Source: Harriotta raleighana (lineage: Eukaryota). Taken from it: a stretch of 64,000 nt of DNA. The translations under genes and the position numbers were made by a program. Positions 36,456 to 50,378 of the stretch are shown here, piece after piece (position 1 is the stretch's first letter; each line of letters begins with the position of its first letter). The stretch spans positions 5,578,608 to 5,642,607 of the forward strand of contig JBNZDD010013730.1 in NCBI GenBank assembly GCA_050575255.1, given 5' to 3'. Below the pieces are notes generated by a model. The model searched no databases. It saw only the letters and a program-made list of their open reading frames with translations, and was not told the origin of the DNA.

Positions 36456-39400
36456 AGGACTCCATGCTTTGAGTTGTCCCAAAGATATGATAAGTTATAT
36501 ATCAAATACAAGGATTAGTAGTCTTTAAATTTGATATAATACTTTTCAAGCCAGGTTATTACTGTGTAGTGTTGTGGCTGTCGGGATCAATTTCCAGGAA
36601 CAATGATAGGCAAACCAACACTGGCCACTGGAGGAGCAAATTCTTTTTCCTCGAGTTTAGCACGAAACAATGTTGTTTAATTAAGCAATTATCCAAAGAG
36701 GTTTGGAAAGGTGCCCAGTAAAAGCAGTCGAATAGGGCAGATAAGATTGGATGTTACAGAAATTCTGAATGGAAGAATGGAACCCCTTCCAGGAACAAAC
36801 AATACCGAGCATGACCAAAATGGATAAAAGTTAAAAGTACCTACTTCTAACTTTCAACATGAGCAATTAGAGAGTTAACCTTTAATGCGCGTTACGAGGC
36901 ACTAATGGACCACAATATTTACAATGTTCCAATTCAAGCTTGGGAGTATTTTTCAGGTGGATGTAGAAAGCAATTTAAGCTTTCATATTAAAAAAAACAC
37001 TCCCAAATGGAATTGCCCAGGTCTAGTAACTAGCGACTTTTCAGTGCAACTGCTCTGATGTCAAATCATGTTCAATAATAGGTGATCCATACTTTGTTGT
37101 GCCTTGGCATTTCACTAGAGTGGAATACTGTACAACCCTTCCAAAAACAATGAACTGAAAACTCCCACAGCACTTAATTCCCAGCTTCAATTCATTTTTC
37201 TCATTCCAACAGCACAGTTTAGAGCAAGGTTGAAAGTGGATGTTTTCCCACTGACTGTGAGAGCAAGTCCTTGATTGCTGTGGAGAGATCAGCAGCAGCC
37301 TTTGTCACTGGATCACAACGTCACACTGTTTGCCACTGGCTAAAATTACATGGGAATCCAAAATTGGCATCCCAGACAACAACACTTGGAGAAGTCAGCT
37401 TCGGTTTCATTTGGTATTCAATTTTTTGAGGAACAAGATCATCATTAATTAAAAATGATCAGTTCAGGCTACCTTTTCATGCTAATTGGCAGTAACAACA
37501 ATGCATTTTCTCCTGGCAAATATCTTTTTGCAAAGTTATAAATGCAGGGTTTATTTTACTCCCTTATGTAGTTGAAGGCACCAAATAGAACTAATGCTGG
37601 AATTTGAAAATGTTCCTTAACTAAAGATATCAAAAACAGGAAAGCAGTTAACATTGCACTGACCCATTGGTGAATAGGATCCTGTTAACTAGTACATTAG
37701 TACATTTGAGCTGAAATTCCAGTCAGGATCATGTGTATTACCTTTGCAAATGTTGGCTGTTAATGGGATATCCCCATTATAACTGTGCTTTACAGAAGTT
37801 CTATGTGTAACATTTTCTAGAATATCAGCCCAATTTCTTTTACCTATGGGACCCAGAAATAAATCAATTATAGATTAATGGGATGAAACTTTTGTGTTTA
37901 CTTGCCTGTAAGGTCCTGGGTGACAGAAATTGGAAGAAATTTTAACTGAGTTTCTTTTGGGCATGTGTCCATGGCACAAAATTGATATTAACTCACTGAG
38001 AAAGACAACAGAGGTCACTGAACATGACAATAGTTGGCACTGAGGGAATAGAATTGACCTACCTAACACAACTATGTGTCAGAATCAACAACAACAACTT
38101 TTACATCATGCCTTGCACATCAGGAGCTCATCCCAAGGAGCTGAAAGCATTCCATTTCTTGAAAGGATCAAGTATTCCCAATGAAGAGCCCTTGTAAGTG
38201 TCACACTATGCTGCTGCAATGGTGATGGTTGACTTTGCTGTGGTTGGGTCTAAATACATTGGAATGAGCAATACTTCATGAATGATAGTTGTCATGACAC
38301 TGAAGATTGGGGTCCAATTATCTCACCCCCTCCACCTGGCTTCATCACAATAGTTTTGTGTATGAAGCTAACTAACATCTTTGGCTATTATTGTTGCACT
38401 TCAATGCTGTTCAATGCGATGTCTGTTGAACACTGAACAATTTGTCTGTCCCATCCTTCAGAAGACATTGTTTCACGCTAGGTGGGATGTAGACCATCAG
38501 TCTATTTATACAAAGTGTTGACTTTTTTTTTAAAAAATCACACTTAAATTTTTCCGCTGCCTTTCTTTCTCTTAGTGCTTTTTCACTCCTGTATTCTACA
38601 TTTGAATTTAATGGATACTGTTTTTTTTAAAATCATTTTTCCTACTTTGTCCATATTGCATCTTAACTATAATTTTCCCACTGTCTTGAAAGCTTTTACT
38701 TTGAATTCCTCATATTTCCTTTTGTTCCTTCTTTGTCGATCTGCCACTCACCTCCAACCTTTCGTCCTTTTGTCTGTTTTTGCTCCATTCAACTCGGTTC
38801 CACTCCTTCCTTTTGTACTAGCGTACACTATGCCCCAAAGCTACTCCCACTATCTGAGGGAATTGCAGAGAATGCTCTGTAGAAATTTTGTGGCTGTTTG
38901 GATAAACGATGATTGATAATGGAGTTTGAGAGCTTTTTCTTCTGCTCCTAGCACAGGCCATTGGACATTCTTCCCCACTTTCTCTCCACCACTCTTCTCT
39001 CACTCCCCTCGAGTCTCCCCCCATCACTCTATCACTCACCCAATCCCCCCCCTCTAACCCCACCTCTCAAAATGCAGGCCTCAATCGACCTCAAAGTCTC
39101 AGATGATGACATGCTATCAGATAAGAAATAACAATTCAACTTGAGAGATGAGAAAATGACAGAACAGGACCCTCCCATCTGCCTTCAGGTCAGGGTCTAA
39201 ATATTGATCCTGAGACAAAGACCAAATAATTAAGATTGCAGTTTACGATTTAACTGGTTTAAAAGAAATCTAACTGCCTAAACAAACCCTGAGTAACTCA
39301 TCTATATTAATAGTAATACTGTACTCATCTTAGGCACAGAATTATAATACAGTAGGTAGCTTTTATACAAACAAAATGGTGTTGAAAGAGATGGTCTGAA

Positions 39401-39514
39401 TGATCTCGAGTAACCACCCAAGAATTTGAGTTTTGCCTTTTGTTTGGTTTCATCCCTTCTGTAAATGCTGACAATTGATGGGGTGCAATTCCATAGACAC
39501 TTGTCCACGGACAC

Positions 39515-39725
39515 AAAGACCCAAGTGGCTATATGCAAGTCTAGACTGAGAGTGTTGATAGGATATTTGACCATGAAGAAATATCATAGCTGAGCCAGAT
39601 TCTGTCTACACGCACAGACGCGCACACACACGCACACATTCTCACACATTCCACCAGAAATCACGAGATAACAATCAGAAAAACAGACTGATTTTCTCTT
39701 TCCCCGCCGAGCCCAGAGGCGATAA
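39515..39725 (-). mobile_element. Decayed copy of the ancient non-Deu SINE-like family, containing a CA-rich tract
   Basis: ccaagtggc...ctagac.gagagtgt...gctgagcc.gattctgtc...ctgattttc...agcccagaggc parallels 50690-50965 and the reverse complement of 63125-63560. Confidence 0.5.
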
Positions 39726-40416
39726 ATGAACCATTAGTTTCACATGTCACTTTGTGCAACTGTGAAATAAAAAGCACATATGTCAATCAAACCATAAAAT
39801 TGATAATTCAGACACGACCATGGCACATTTGAATGGGAGATCTGCCAAAAATTACAACTTGATAATGTTCAAAGCTACCTATATCTATCACTTATGTATA
39901 ATAAATGTCAGAAACTGATTACGCACTAAAAAAAAATTGCCTTATGTTTACTCTCTATTCTCCAGGATAGTGGTAGCGAAACCTTTTTGTTCGGCTAACA
40001 AAATAAATTTTCTTGATTGAATATTTCCTGGTTTATAAACCGTGAATCTAGAAAGAAATGGAAACAAACCATTGATTTAAAACAGATTTATCTAGACTAT
40101 TGCGCATGTTCAGTTGGATTCCTCTCGACAGTTCCTGTGGACTATGGGTTGGCCCCACTGTTCTCATACCCTGCAGATGAACAACGATTCATTCAAAATA
40201 TGTTTGAAAGGGTTTAGACTAACTCCAGCATTTGTGACCATCAGCGTGACATGTTCAAGCATGTCTTGACTCTGAAGCCACTAAAGATAGGAGGCAACAT
40301 CCATCCATCCAGCACATTATTATTTAATCAAATTTGTACCAACAACAGGTATAGAATAACACTTTAGCTGAACTCAAATAGAATAAATTCATTTTATGTC
40401 TGATATTATTGAAGTT

Positions 40417-43283
40417 GGTTTATGAGATAGTCCTCAGAGAATATGTGTGCGTCTGAAAATACGATCAAAGCAGTTACTATTCAATAAAAGAAAAACTTAA
40501 GAATATAGCCCGGCTCTTTCAAGCTATTATTATTCACCAGTTTTGTTAAATAAAGCCTTTAAACCATTTCACAAATCCAGTGTTGTAGCTAACCTGACTT
40601 TCTTTTAAAAACATTACTGGAGTGATCCAGCAGGGTTCCGTCCTTTTATTTTGCATGCTGTTAACTTAAAAGTTGTATTCCACCAAAAGCTTTTTTGTTT
40701 GATGTCAGCTTTCTGTTTGATATCAGTTGTACTTTCCAAAGGAATAACTTGCTGGGTTAAAAAGAACTATTTTTATCCCCCCGTTTCATCCTGTCATCCC
40801 CTGAAGCCAGTGGTGCTGGCGTATGGTTCGACCTCTGGCAGGGCATCCAGATGTTCATTCTTCATGTGCAAGGAGAGACAGTGAGTCTTGGTAGGTTATT
40901 GGATCACGGGGGAGAGGGAGGGAGGAAGAATCACACTTCAGCATAATCTTGTCCCTACACACGTACACTTTCGAGCAGGGGTCACTGTACAGCAAATAAG
41001 AGCAGGAACTTATAATCTCCATGGACCACGTTGTCTGATCTTTCAATCAATTCTGGAGAATCTGTCTGAAATCTCTTGCATTACCACTCAACTTTGCATG
41101 AAGAGTGGCTCAGGAATGCAGACCTTCTTAGTTCTCAGGAATGCTGCAAGTTATTTTCAATTGCAATACTCACCACACCTTATCTGCATAAATACCATTT
41201 CTAATAGATTGCCTGTCAGCTAAGGATCAGACATGATCCCAAAACTGTGCATAAAGATGACATAAACTGAGCTTCAAGGTCTTGTAGCTGTATTTCTACA
41301 TCAAAAATATTATATTTTCCTTTAGCTGTGCACCACCCACACTATACATCCATGCAACAACGCATCTTTGATTTAATTACCCATTACTAGTGGCTCCCTC
41401 ACCCTATACCACCCACTCATTCAAATGAAAATCATTTCAGAATATTTCAAGCTTGGATATGGTACAGAAATTGCAGAATGATTGAGTGTTGAATTACAGA
41501 GATCTTTGGGAAACGTGGGGGAGGGTGTCCTGCTAGGGTTAAATTGGGGGTGTCTATGCAATGCTCCATAACTCATATGCAAATACTGCACTTAAATCAG
41601 TCTGCAGTACACTTTAACTCCAATTCTTTGACAAGTTTGTATATAAAAATAAGACCAACGAAGTCACCCTAGGGCAACAATCAGACCTGATTAGAACGAG
41701 ATGATTAAGAATTTTCTGCAAACAAAGCACTTTTCTAGAACACACTCGGATTTTATATACTGTAGTATATATACAGTTATATACTGTAGTAACATTTTCT
41801 CCTCTAGGACCATATCTATCTGGTCTGGAGCTCCTGTGGCTCAGTGGTTNGGTTTATGAGATAGTCCTCAGAGAATATGTGTGCGTCTGAAAATACGATC
41901 AAAGCAGTTACTATTCAATAAAAGAAAAACTTAAGAATATAGCCCGGCTCTTTCAAGCTATTATTATTCACCAGTTTTGTTAAATAAAGCCTTTAAACCA
42001 TTTCACAAATCCAGTGTTGTAGCTAACCTGACTTTCTTTTAAAAACATTACTGGAGTGATCCAGCAGGGTTCCGTCCTTTTATTTTGCATGCTGTTAACT
42101 TAAAAGTTGTATTCCACCAAAAGCTTTTTTGTTTGATGTCAGCTTTCTGTTTGATATCAGTTGTACTTTCCAAAGGAATAACTTGCTGGGTTAAAAAGAA
42201 CTATTTTTATCCCCCCGTTTCATCCTGTCATCCCCTGAAGCCAGTGGTGCTGGCGTATGGTTCGACCTCTGGCAGGGCATCCAGATGTTCATTCTTCATG
42301 TGCAAGGAGAGACAGTGAGTCTTGGTAGGTTATTGGATCACGGGGGAGAGGGAGGGAGGAAGAATCACACTTCAGCATAATCTTGTCCCTACACACGTAC
42401 ACTTTCGAGCAGGGGTCACTGTACAGCAAATAAGAGCAGGAACTTATAATCTCCATGGACCACGTTGTCTGATCTTTCAATCAATTCTGGAGAATCTGTC
42501 TGAAATCTCTTGCATTACCACTCAACTTTGCATGAAGAGTGGCTCAGGAATGCAGACCTTCTTAGTTCTCAGGAATGCTGCAAGTTATTTTCAATTGCAA
42601 TACTCACCACACCTTATCTGCATAAATACCATTTCTAATAGATTGCCTGTCAGCTAAGGATCAGACATGATCCCAAAACTGTGCATAAAGATGACATAAA
42701 CTGAGCTTCAAGGTCTTGTAGCTGTATTTCTACATCAAAAATATTATATTTTCCTTTAGCTGTGCACCACCCACACTATACATCCATGCAACAACGCATC
42801 TTTGATTTAATTACCCATTACTAGTGGCTCCCTCACCCTATACCACCCACTCATTCAAATGAAAATCATTTCAGAATATTTCAAGCTTGGATATGGTACA
42901 GAAATTGCAGAATGATTGAGTGTTGAATTACAGAGATCTTTGGGAAACGTGGGGGAGGGTGTCCTGCTAGGGTTAAATTGGGGGTGTCTATGCAATGCTC
43001 CATAACTCATATGCAAATACTGCACTTAAATCAGTCTGCAGTACACTTTAACTCCAATTCTTTGACAAGTTTGTATATAAAAATAAGACCAAAGAAGTCA
43101 CCCTAGGGCAACAATCAGACCTGATTAGAACGAGATGATTAAGAATTTTCTGCAAACAAAGCACTTTTCTAGAACACACACGGATTTTATATACTGTAGT
43201 ATATATACAGTTATATACTGTAGTAACATTTTCTCCTCTAGGACCATATCTATCTGGTCTGGAGCTCCTGTGGCTCAGTGGTT
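40417..43283. repeat. 1433-bp direct duplication around a single N (41850); probable assembly artefact
   Basis: 40417-41849 repeats at 41851-43283 (offset 1434) with about two mismatches. The first copy breaks off inside a SINE head. Confidence 0.88.
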
Positions 43284-43570
43284 CGAGACCTGTGTTCAAA
43301 TCCAGGCAGATCAGGGCAAAACCTTGGGCAAGTTTCCTTATTCCACATGCCTAATAATAATCCCTCTAAAAAAACTACAATAATAAAATTGGTAATTTCA
43401 ATCCATGACTGTTTGTGGGACACTGCTGTGCACAATTGGCTGCCGCGTTCTGCCCACAAATATACAGTCAATTCACTTTACAGTATATTCTGTGAAGCGC
43501 TTTGGGACGTCGATAAGATGTGAAAAGTGCTATATCAAATGCAAGGATTGTTATTATTATTATTATTTAT
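43260..43570 (+). mobile_element. Near full-length young SINE with a deletion in the tRNA head
   Basis: ggagctcctgtggctcagtggtt joins directly to cgagacctgtgttcaaatcc. The remainder matches the copy at 56878. Confidence 0.92.
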
Positions 43571-43854
43571 CCCCCAAGGACAATCCCCAATAACTTGATT
43601 TCCATTTTGAAAAAATTATTGTTGAACGGCATCACTTTGAATGATTTATCTAGCTCAGGCTTACATGTCCTGCTTTTATCGTATTAAAATATTCTTTTTT
43701 TCCTAAATGAGAAAGCCTCCTCGACTGTTACTCATAATTCAGCGACCTGAAACCACTTATTATCTCTCAATACATCTCAAAGGCAATATTATCATTCCTT
43801 CATTGGCTGTTCACCATTGAGGAATTAAACAACAACGCATTATCATAATAGATA

Positions 43855-44222
43855 GAAAGTTGTAGATTCAAGTCACATGTTGGGACTTGAGCCTATTATC
43901 TTGGCTAGCGATCAACCGCAGCATATGGAGGAGCAAACTGTCAGAGGTACCATCTTTTAGATCAGACATTACTCACAGTTATACACAATATTTTTGTTAG
44001 TGGATGTCAAAGGCCTCACAGCAATGCTCAAAAGGGGAAAGGTTTAAGTGACCTGTCCACATAGCTCCAGAATGGTCATTCAACGCTTCATGGCCGTTTG
44101 CGGAATCTGGCGGAGTAATGACGTTTGCCTCTAAAAACACACACTGCACTTCATCATAGCAATTATTTCAAGCACTCTTGAGATATCTTCACATGATGCC
44201 ATGCTATAAAAATGCAAGTTCC
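43855..44222 (+). mobile_element. Very old Deu-domain SINE
   Basis: agaaagttgtagattcaagtc, ctgtcagaggtaccatctttt, gtggatgtcaaagg and the tail gctataaaaatgcaagtt. Confidence 0.6.
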
Positions 44223-46329
44223 CTCTTCGCCCAGAATGATACACCTCCATTGCCTAAAGTAGCCAAGATTATGTCTGTTGCCTGCAACCTCATATATTTC
44301 GATTTGAAAATATGAGTGATTAAGGACCTTGTTGAAAGTCACTTTTAATCATTGAAAAGTGTGCGTGTGTGGGGGCAGGATTAAGTGCACGTTACTGGAC
44401 AGCATTTCATGTTTGTGGAACAATTCCTCAGCAAAAGCCAGAGTCTTCAAGAGCAGAAAAAATACCTTTTTTTTGCAGATCTAGGGCTATAAACTGATTG
44501 ATGAAGGACAAAATGAGTGAGTTGAGTAATTTGTGGCACTGTGCTGACAGAAGCACAACTTACTCCTCTGTATGAATGTAACACTTTAGTCGTGTGTCTA
44601 TGGGGGCTTACAGTACGGAGCTAAACCAGAGCCATTCAAGTCTCTACCATTTTTTTTTTAGAACCTTCAGCAGTTATAGAGGGTGCTAAGTTGCTGCAAA
44701 GAAACACTGAGCAAATGGCATTGGGGAAACTACGTTATTCATTACCGATCGTCTCCAGAGGAAAACAAACTTTGTCATGTAAAAGTGACACAAGGTACCA
44801 TCTGGTAAAGAAGAACCACTGAAAGTGATAACAGCAATTTTCACATTTGACATGGAATTCTGCCTGCTTACATTCAGTCGCCAGATCATTACTCACGAGA
44901 GATGCAAAATGAGCTCCCGGAAGAATGGTGTCATCAAATTTTAATATGCGATTTTGCTCTGCAAATCTTTATAAAAATGAGAATTTTCTGGGTTACAATT
45001 ACGATCTGCATTTTGCAAAGCTTTTCAAAGAATAGCAAGGAATCTTGGGATAAAAGAATTCTAATTGCAAACCTTTTCATTATTCAAAGGACAGCATCCT
45101 GTCTTCAGTTTCTTCAAATCAAGGGTATCATGCTGTGTGAGCAAAACATGGCATGTCTGTGGCTGCAATCATTTCTCATTGCTCTGTGCTATACACAAGA
45201 GACATTCCTCCACTTGCACACCTATCATTAGTTGTGTGTGATGTGCAATGTGCCCTTGCAATAATGATATTAAGGTAATAATTTCAGGTTATATACCACC
45301 TATACCAGAGCAAATTCATAAGCTTGGTGATGAAGTGGTCAAACAGGATCTAATCTCTACAGGGGTGGGCTTGAAGCTTCAAACTGCAGGTCTAATTCTG
45401 AAGCAGAGCACTCAATAGCCAGCCTCCCACTGGTTCAACATCACAACGAAAGCTCCATAGCCTTAAGCCACGGAGTCCTTACCCTGTTACTATTCTCTTT
45501 GTTACACTGGCGTAAGGTTCACAGGGAGAAGATGGCATTGATGGTCTTCGATCTTACTAGAAAATGCCAACACATCAAGGCCACCCGACAACTGTGGCCA
45601 TGACACAAGCTGCTTATAACTGGGGTAAAAATAAATAAAAGGTTTAAACTGACCCGAAGTGCCTTATTCTAAAATGAAGCCAGAACTTGCACCCCATTAA
45701 AAGTTTGTGCACAGGTCTATTTTATACGAAGGATCACAGAAACGGTCTCGTCACTAAAAGCACAGTGCGTCTAGAATTACTAAAGATTCCTTGTTCTTTA
45801 GAAGCCAGCAGCCAGTGTTCAACACTGAATGGTCGTATTTCTGTAGATTTTATGGTGTCATTAAATCCTTTTTTATGGCTATACGAGCTTCCTCTACATT
45901 TTAAACAAATAAGATATAGTAATTAAATATTATGCTCAGGATCAATTTCACTTTCCATGCCCTTCAGACACTTTTACAATGGATAATGACAGAATCCTTG
46001 TGGATTTAACTATCAGGTGAAATATTGTAAGCGTCATTGATGGTTTCAACAGTATAGCTGCAAGCATTAATATAATTTCCCTAATTGTTTCAAATTAAAC
46101 CCTCAATAGGTAAGTCAGTTGGCTGTGCAAGTGGATGTGTTGGTGGAAAAACCTTCTGTTTATTTGATCATTCTTATTCTTACAAAACACATCTATAATG
46201 GCCAGGTTTATGTCAGCAATCTATCAGTCCCAAAGAAGATGCCCCTATAAAATAATGCTCCTGTTTACCACAACATTAACTTGAGTCAAATTGAGTCAAA
46301 TGGAATAAGGCCAACAACTCTAATGAAGT

Positions 46330-46420
46330 AAAAATAGAACATGATGGAAATGCTTTGCAGGTTAAACGACATCAGGGAGGGAAAGACAGGTTAATGCTTT
46401 GGGTAGGGCCCTAGTAAAGG
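46330..46420. mobile_element. Decayed Penelope-like terminal-repeat fragment
   Basis: aaaatagaacatgatggaaatgctttgcaggttaaacgacatcagggagggaaagacaggttaatgcttt resembles the reverse complement of 48760-48830. Confidence 0.4.
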
Positions 46421-47009
46421 CTGCAAAGTAAGTGATCAGAGTTAATGCAGATGGGCAGCTTCTGTCAGGTAAGTGCTAAGTGTTGTTTAAACATTTTGGA
46501 TACATCTGACTCGTTTTTCTCTCTCCGTTTGGCCTCTTTCCTGCCCATCTAGCACTTTAATTGGGAATGCCGAGAGATTAAAGACTGTAATTGGATCGGA
46601 GATCAACAAGTCTGTCACACCTTAATCCCATCTTTTGTTGCTGAGGGGTTTCTACCGCTGTCATTTTATCTTCTGCATCTGCTGATTAACAACACCAGGG
46701 AGAATATGCTGTGATGGCACTCTGTGGCCGGCTCCATGAGAAATAACAGACTGGAACTCAGAATCTGCTGCGAGTAGCACTAGAACACGAGCAAAGAGCC
46801 AGACAATTTGATACCTCAGCCAAGTCTATTTGTATTGTGCTCCAAACAAAAGGATTAACAAATTTCCTGTCATAAACAAATAGGTGGTAAAAGACTCTGC
46901 AGTTTCAGCAGGTTCTGTGTTGTCAGATGTATCCTATTGAAATTGAATTATTTGGGGGAGTTTCGGAATATAGTAGTCCATCTAGTGGACAAGTGCCACT
47001 GCATTATAA

Positions 47010-47108
47010 AGTATCTTAAATCATTGAAATATTTCTAATTTTTTAAAAAGTGTTTTTATTTAAATCAACACGTAAAAAATGCAAAATATTTCAATGATTT
47101 AAGATACT
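47010..47108. repeat. 99-bp AT-rich inverted repeat with 25-bp perfect outer arms
   Basis: agtatcttaaatcattgaaatattt pairs with aaatatttcaatgatttaagatact; gtgtt/aacac pair further in. Confidence 0.9.
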
Positions 47109-47754
47109 CTTTTTGAGTACAGAGCTGCAATGTGAATTGCCTACAGCAGCACACCTCGCCCACGGATGGTCCGATTCCTTCCCGGTTTTAATTATTCTTC
47201 TTCGTGGCAGAATTTTAAAAATCCACTGTGTAACTGTGTCATTCAAAAAAGAACGACTATGGCTTCACAGCATCATCTTTCAATAGAATGTAAATTTTAA
47301 TAGGTCTTTATTAATTTATCCAAATTCTGCTTAAAATATGGCAATTTGATAGCTGCTATGATAACCTGCAACTGCTCACTGTGTGCTGAAAATGTGCACA
47401 CTGCTCCTCTTCTGTTCCATATGAAGATATGGAGCTTTATGTTAATTTCTAAATGTAGAGGAAATTGCTTTACGGTTATTTGAACACATTGAAATAGCAG
47501 TAAATCATGTCAGTGCTTAACATGTAAGGGATTTACTAATGCAGTGACTGGAGACAGAGCAATGTGTAATGAGACCGTGTTAACTACAGCAGTGAAAAAC
47601 TACTAATGTGAACTATTTCTCACTATTTCTTGTCTTTTGTTGATAGAAAATCTTTTTTTGGTGGCAGAAGAATTTAACTCAGAACATCACATTTAGATTT
47701 GAGGCATTTAGATTGTATGCATTAAAGAACGATTTCTATGCTTACGCTAACCTT

Positions 47755-48160
47755 ATGGGACATCTTGGGAGGCCTTGTGATGTCCTACTGACATGAAAGG
47801 CGCTCTATTAATGTAATTTGTTATTGTTGTTGTTATTCTGAGGCAGATCCAGTAAAAAGGAATTGGGGAAACAAACATTGAAATCAAACAAATAAGCTGA
47901 TATCATTTACGTTTGTAACTTTTACATGAATTGGTTGAATACCTGTGAAATGCATTATTTTAATCAATAAGGAGGGACTCAGTACTATGCCTCCACCCTG
48001 CCCCCTCTATCCCCTTTTACAAGTCCCACCTGAAAATCTTACTTTTCAACCGTGTTTACATTCACCTCCTTTCCCGCGGCTCAGAGTCAAGCTCTGAAAC
48101 GGTTGAGTGCCCCGAGATGCTACCCTGCGTAGAGGGCGCTATATAAGTGCAAGTTGTTGT
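47755..48160 (+). mobile_element. Two L2 3'-tail remnants (about 47755-47835 and 47990-48160)
   Basis: gtcctactgacatgaaaggcgctctattaatgtaatttgttattgttg and gggcgctatataagtgcaagttgttg. Confidence 0.6.
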
Positions 48161-48218
48161 ATGCATTCAGGGGTAACAGACTGCCTTGAAGCAGAATATA
48201 GTGACAGTTATATGGAAG

Positions 48219-48545
48219 GTGGAATCCTGTAGCTCAGTGGTTAAAGCACTCGCCTTACAAGAGTGAGACCTGTGTTCGAATCCAGGCAGGTCAGGGCGAA
48301 ACCTTCCTTACTCCACACACCTGATAATATTCCCGCCAATAAAAACCACAATACCGTAGTAATAAAATTGGTCACTTCAATCTACGACTGTTTGTGGGAA
48401 ACTGCTGTGCGCAATTGGCTGCCGTGTTTAGCCCACAAATATACAGTCAATTCACTTTCAATTTCACTTTATATTCTGTGAAGCGCTTTGAAACGTCTGG
48501 AAGACATGAAAAGCGCTGCACCAAATGCAAGGATTATTATTATTT
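48219..48545 (+). mobile_element. Full-length tRNA SINE
   Basis: A box tagctcagtggttaaagc, B box gttcgaatcc, core and ATT tail. Confidence 0.92.
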
Positions 48546-48707
48546 AATGCAGCTTAACGTGAAGAAAGACAATTCAGTGACAATGGCATCCTGCATTTTC
48601 CACATTGCTACCCAGAGTCGTTTAGACATGGAAATGATTGCATGTTGAAAAGGGAGATTCTACCCTGCCCAGCAATGCACTTTACACTGGCACATGAAAA
48701 TATTAAC

Positions 48708-48840
48708 AAAACACAAAGTACTACAGATGCTGGGAATCTGAAACGAAAGGTCCTGGACCCGAAAAGTTGACTCGCTCTCCTTTCTTCATGGATGCTGCCT
48801 GACTTGCGGAGTTTCCCCAGCAAGTTGTGTGTGTGTGTTT
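48708..48840 (+). mobile_element. Penelope-like element terminal-repeat remnant with a hammerhead-like core
   Basis: acagatgctgggaatctgaaa...aaggtcctggacccgaaaagttgac...gatgctgcctgacttgcggagtttccccagca matches the chondrichthyan Penelope-type repeat as I recall it. Confidence 0.6.
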
Positions 48841-49524
48841 TTTTTTTTAACATTCAAATATTATCCAGTTTGATCCTCCCCCAACCCACCCATTCTAATA
48901 CAGAATGAGAATATCTATTTGCACCAAATTGGGAGTTAGTTTCATGCTGTGAGCTCAGACCCACAGGGAGGTCATTACAAATAGAGCACTTGGATCCGGC
49001 AGAGAGAGGAGTCTTTCATCTCATCACTTCGGGTCAGATTCAAACCCAAGTCCCAGGCAAACTCACTGCACCACACTTCGAACCAATATTTTTTTGTTGA
49101 TCCTAAAACCCTTCATTCCAAACCAATGATAGGCCAATAATATCACGAGGCAGGCCTTTGTTTACAAAAGGGCGCAGAAAGTGGCATTAAAAACTTTTTT
49201 GTCCCCCAACAATTGTAATAGTTAGCAGATTCCAGATTTGCAGTTAGACAAATTCTGATGCCCCATAAAATGGTTAATTAACGAAATACTTTCCAGCTGT
49301 AAAATAAACGTTTTTCGCAACAATTTTAGTGTTGTGAACGCTGCTAGTGGGCCAATACGCAGTGATTGACAAAGATGCAGACAATGTAACAATACTGAAA
49401 TATTGGCAAGTTTTTTTCCCCACTGTTATTCTGTGCTTGATTTCACACAGACACTACAATAGCTGAGATAAAGATTTAGTAAAACAGCAAAACCCAATTT
49501 TTAGTAGAACAAACCATTTCTTTC

Positions 49525-49701
49525 TGAAGCTGCATCGATAACAACTTTTAAGAGAGAAGTAGATAGTTATTTGAAGAGGACAGGTTTACAGCACTATGGG
49601 GAGAGCGCTAGGGGGTAGGATTGATTTGGACGGTTCTTTTCAAAGAGCTGGCACAGACAGGATGGTCCGAAAGGCCTCCTTCTGGGATGTGTAATTCTAT
49701 G
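49525..49701 (+). mobile_element. CR1 LINE 3' end
   Basis: Encodes EAASITTFKREVDSYLKRTGLQHYGE, then caaagagctggcacagac..gatggtccgaaaggcctcctt...ttctatg. Homologous to the reverse complement of 15251-15440. Confidence 0.85.
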
Positions 49702-49859
49702 AAGCTGTTATTGGGAGTTAGGGTATTTAAATTTTATTTTTTTTAAAATAGATAAAGTTCTTAAACAATAACAATGAATAAAGAACATTATACTGGCATC
49801 AAAATCTATTGAGTGTATGGTATCTTTCACACCCCCCATTAATTCAACAGAAATTGCTC

Positions 49860-50183
49860 TAAGGTCAGATGTCTGATGCTTTTTAGCCAAACCTCCCAAT
49901 CTCTGNTAAGGTCAGATGTCTGATGCTTTTTAGCCAAACCTCCCAACCTCTGCTGCTGCTTTTGTTGGCGGAGCGCAAATGAAGAGAATAATGTTTTGCA
50001 CATGCACACTGCAACTGATGTCATCCACTTACTTTATCAGCGGGAAGGACCATGAACGAAAAATTGNGCTGCTGCTTTTGTTGGCGGAGCGCAAATGAAG
50101 AGAATAATGTTTTGCACGTGCACACTGCAACTGATGTCATCCACTTACTTTATCAGCGGGAAGGACCATGAACGAAAAATTGG
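49860..50183. repeat. Two short direct duplications around Ns (49906, 50067); probable assembly overlaps
   Basis: About 46 bp and about 115 bp are repeated across single Ns, each with one mismatch. Confidence 0.8.
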
Positions 50184-50378
50184 AGTGTGCACGAAACATC
50201 AACACACCCACTTCAGTCAAACTCTCCCGCCTTTGGAACGATCCATCATATAAAAGCAACACCGGTTATTAGTGGACTGCTCCCTTATTAAATGCTACAA
50301 CTAGCTGCTTTGTTTTTGCGCGCAAATCATTCTTCTCCCTCTTCTCCCCTCTTTTGCTCTTTGGCACTTCACACTCGN

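Noticed and set aside
40651-42657. Identical ORF sets suggesting tandem duplicated genes (also 59218-61488)
   Set aside because: Products of N-flanked assembly duplication of non-coding DNA.
44797-44889. Alternative signal-peptide exon candidate (MSNVKIAVITFSGSSLPDG)
   Set aside because: Weak donor (GTACCT) and a poor hydrophobic core; the 55299 exon fits far better.
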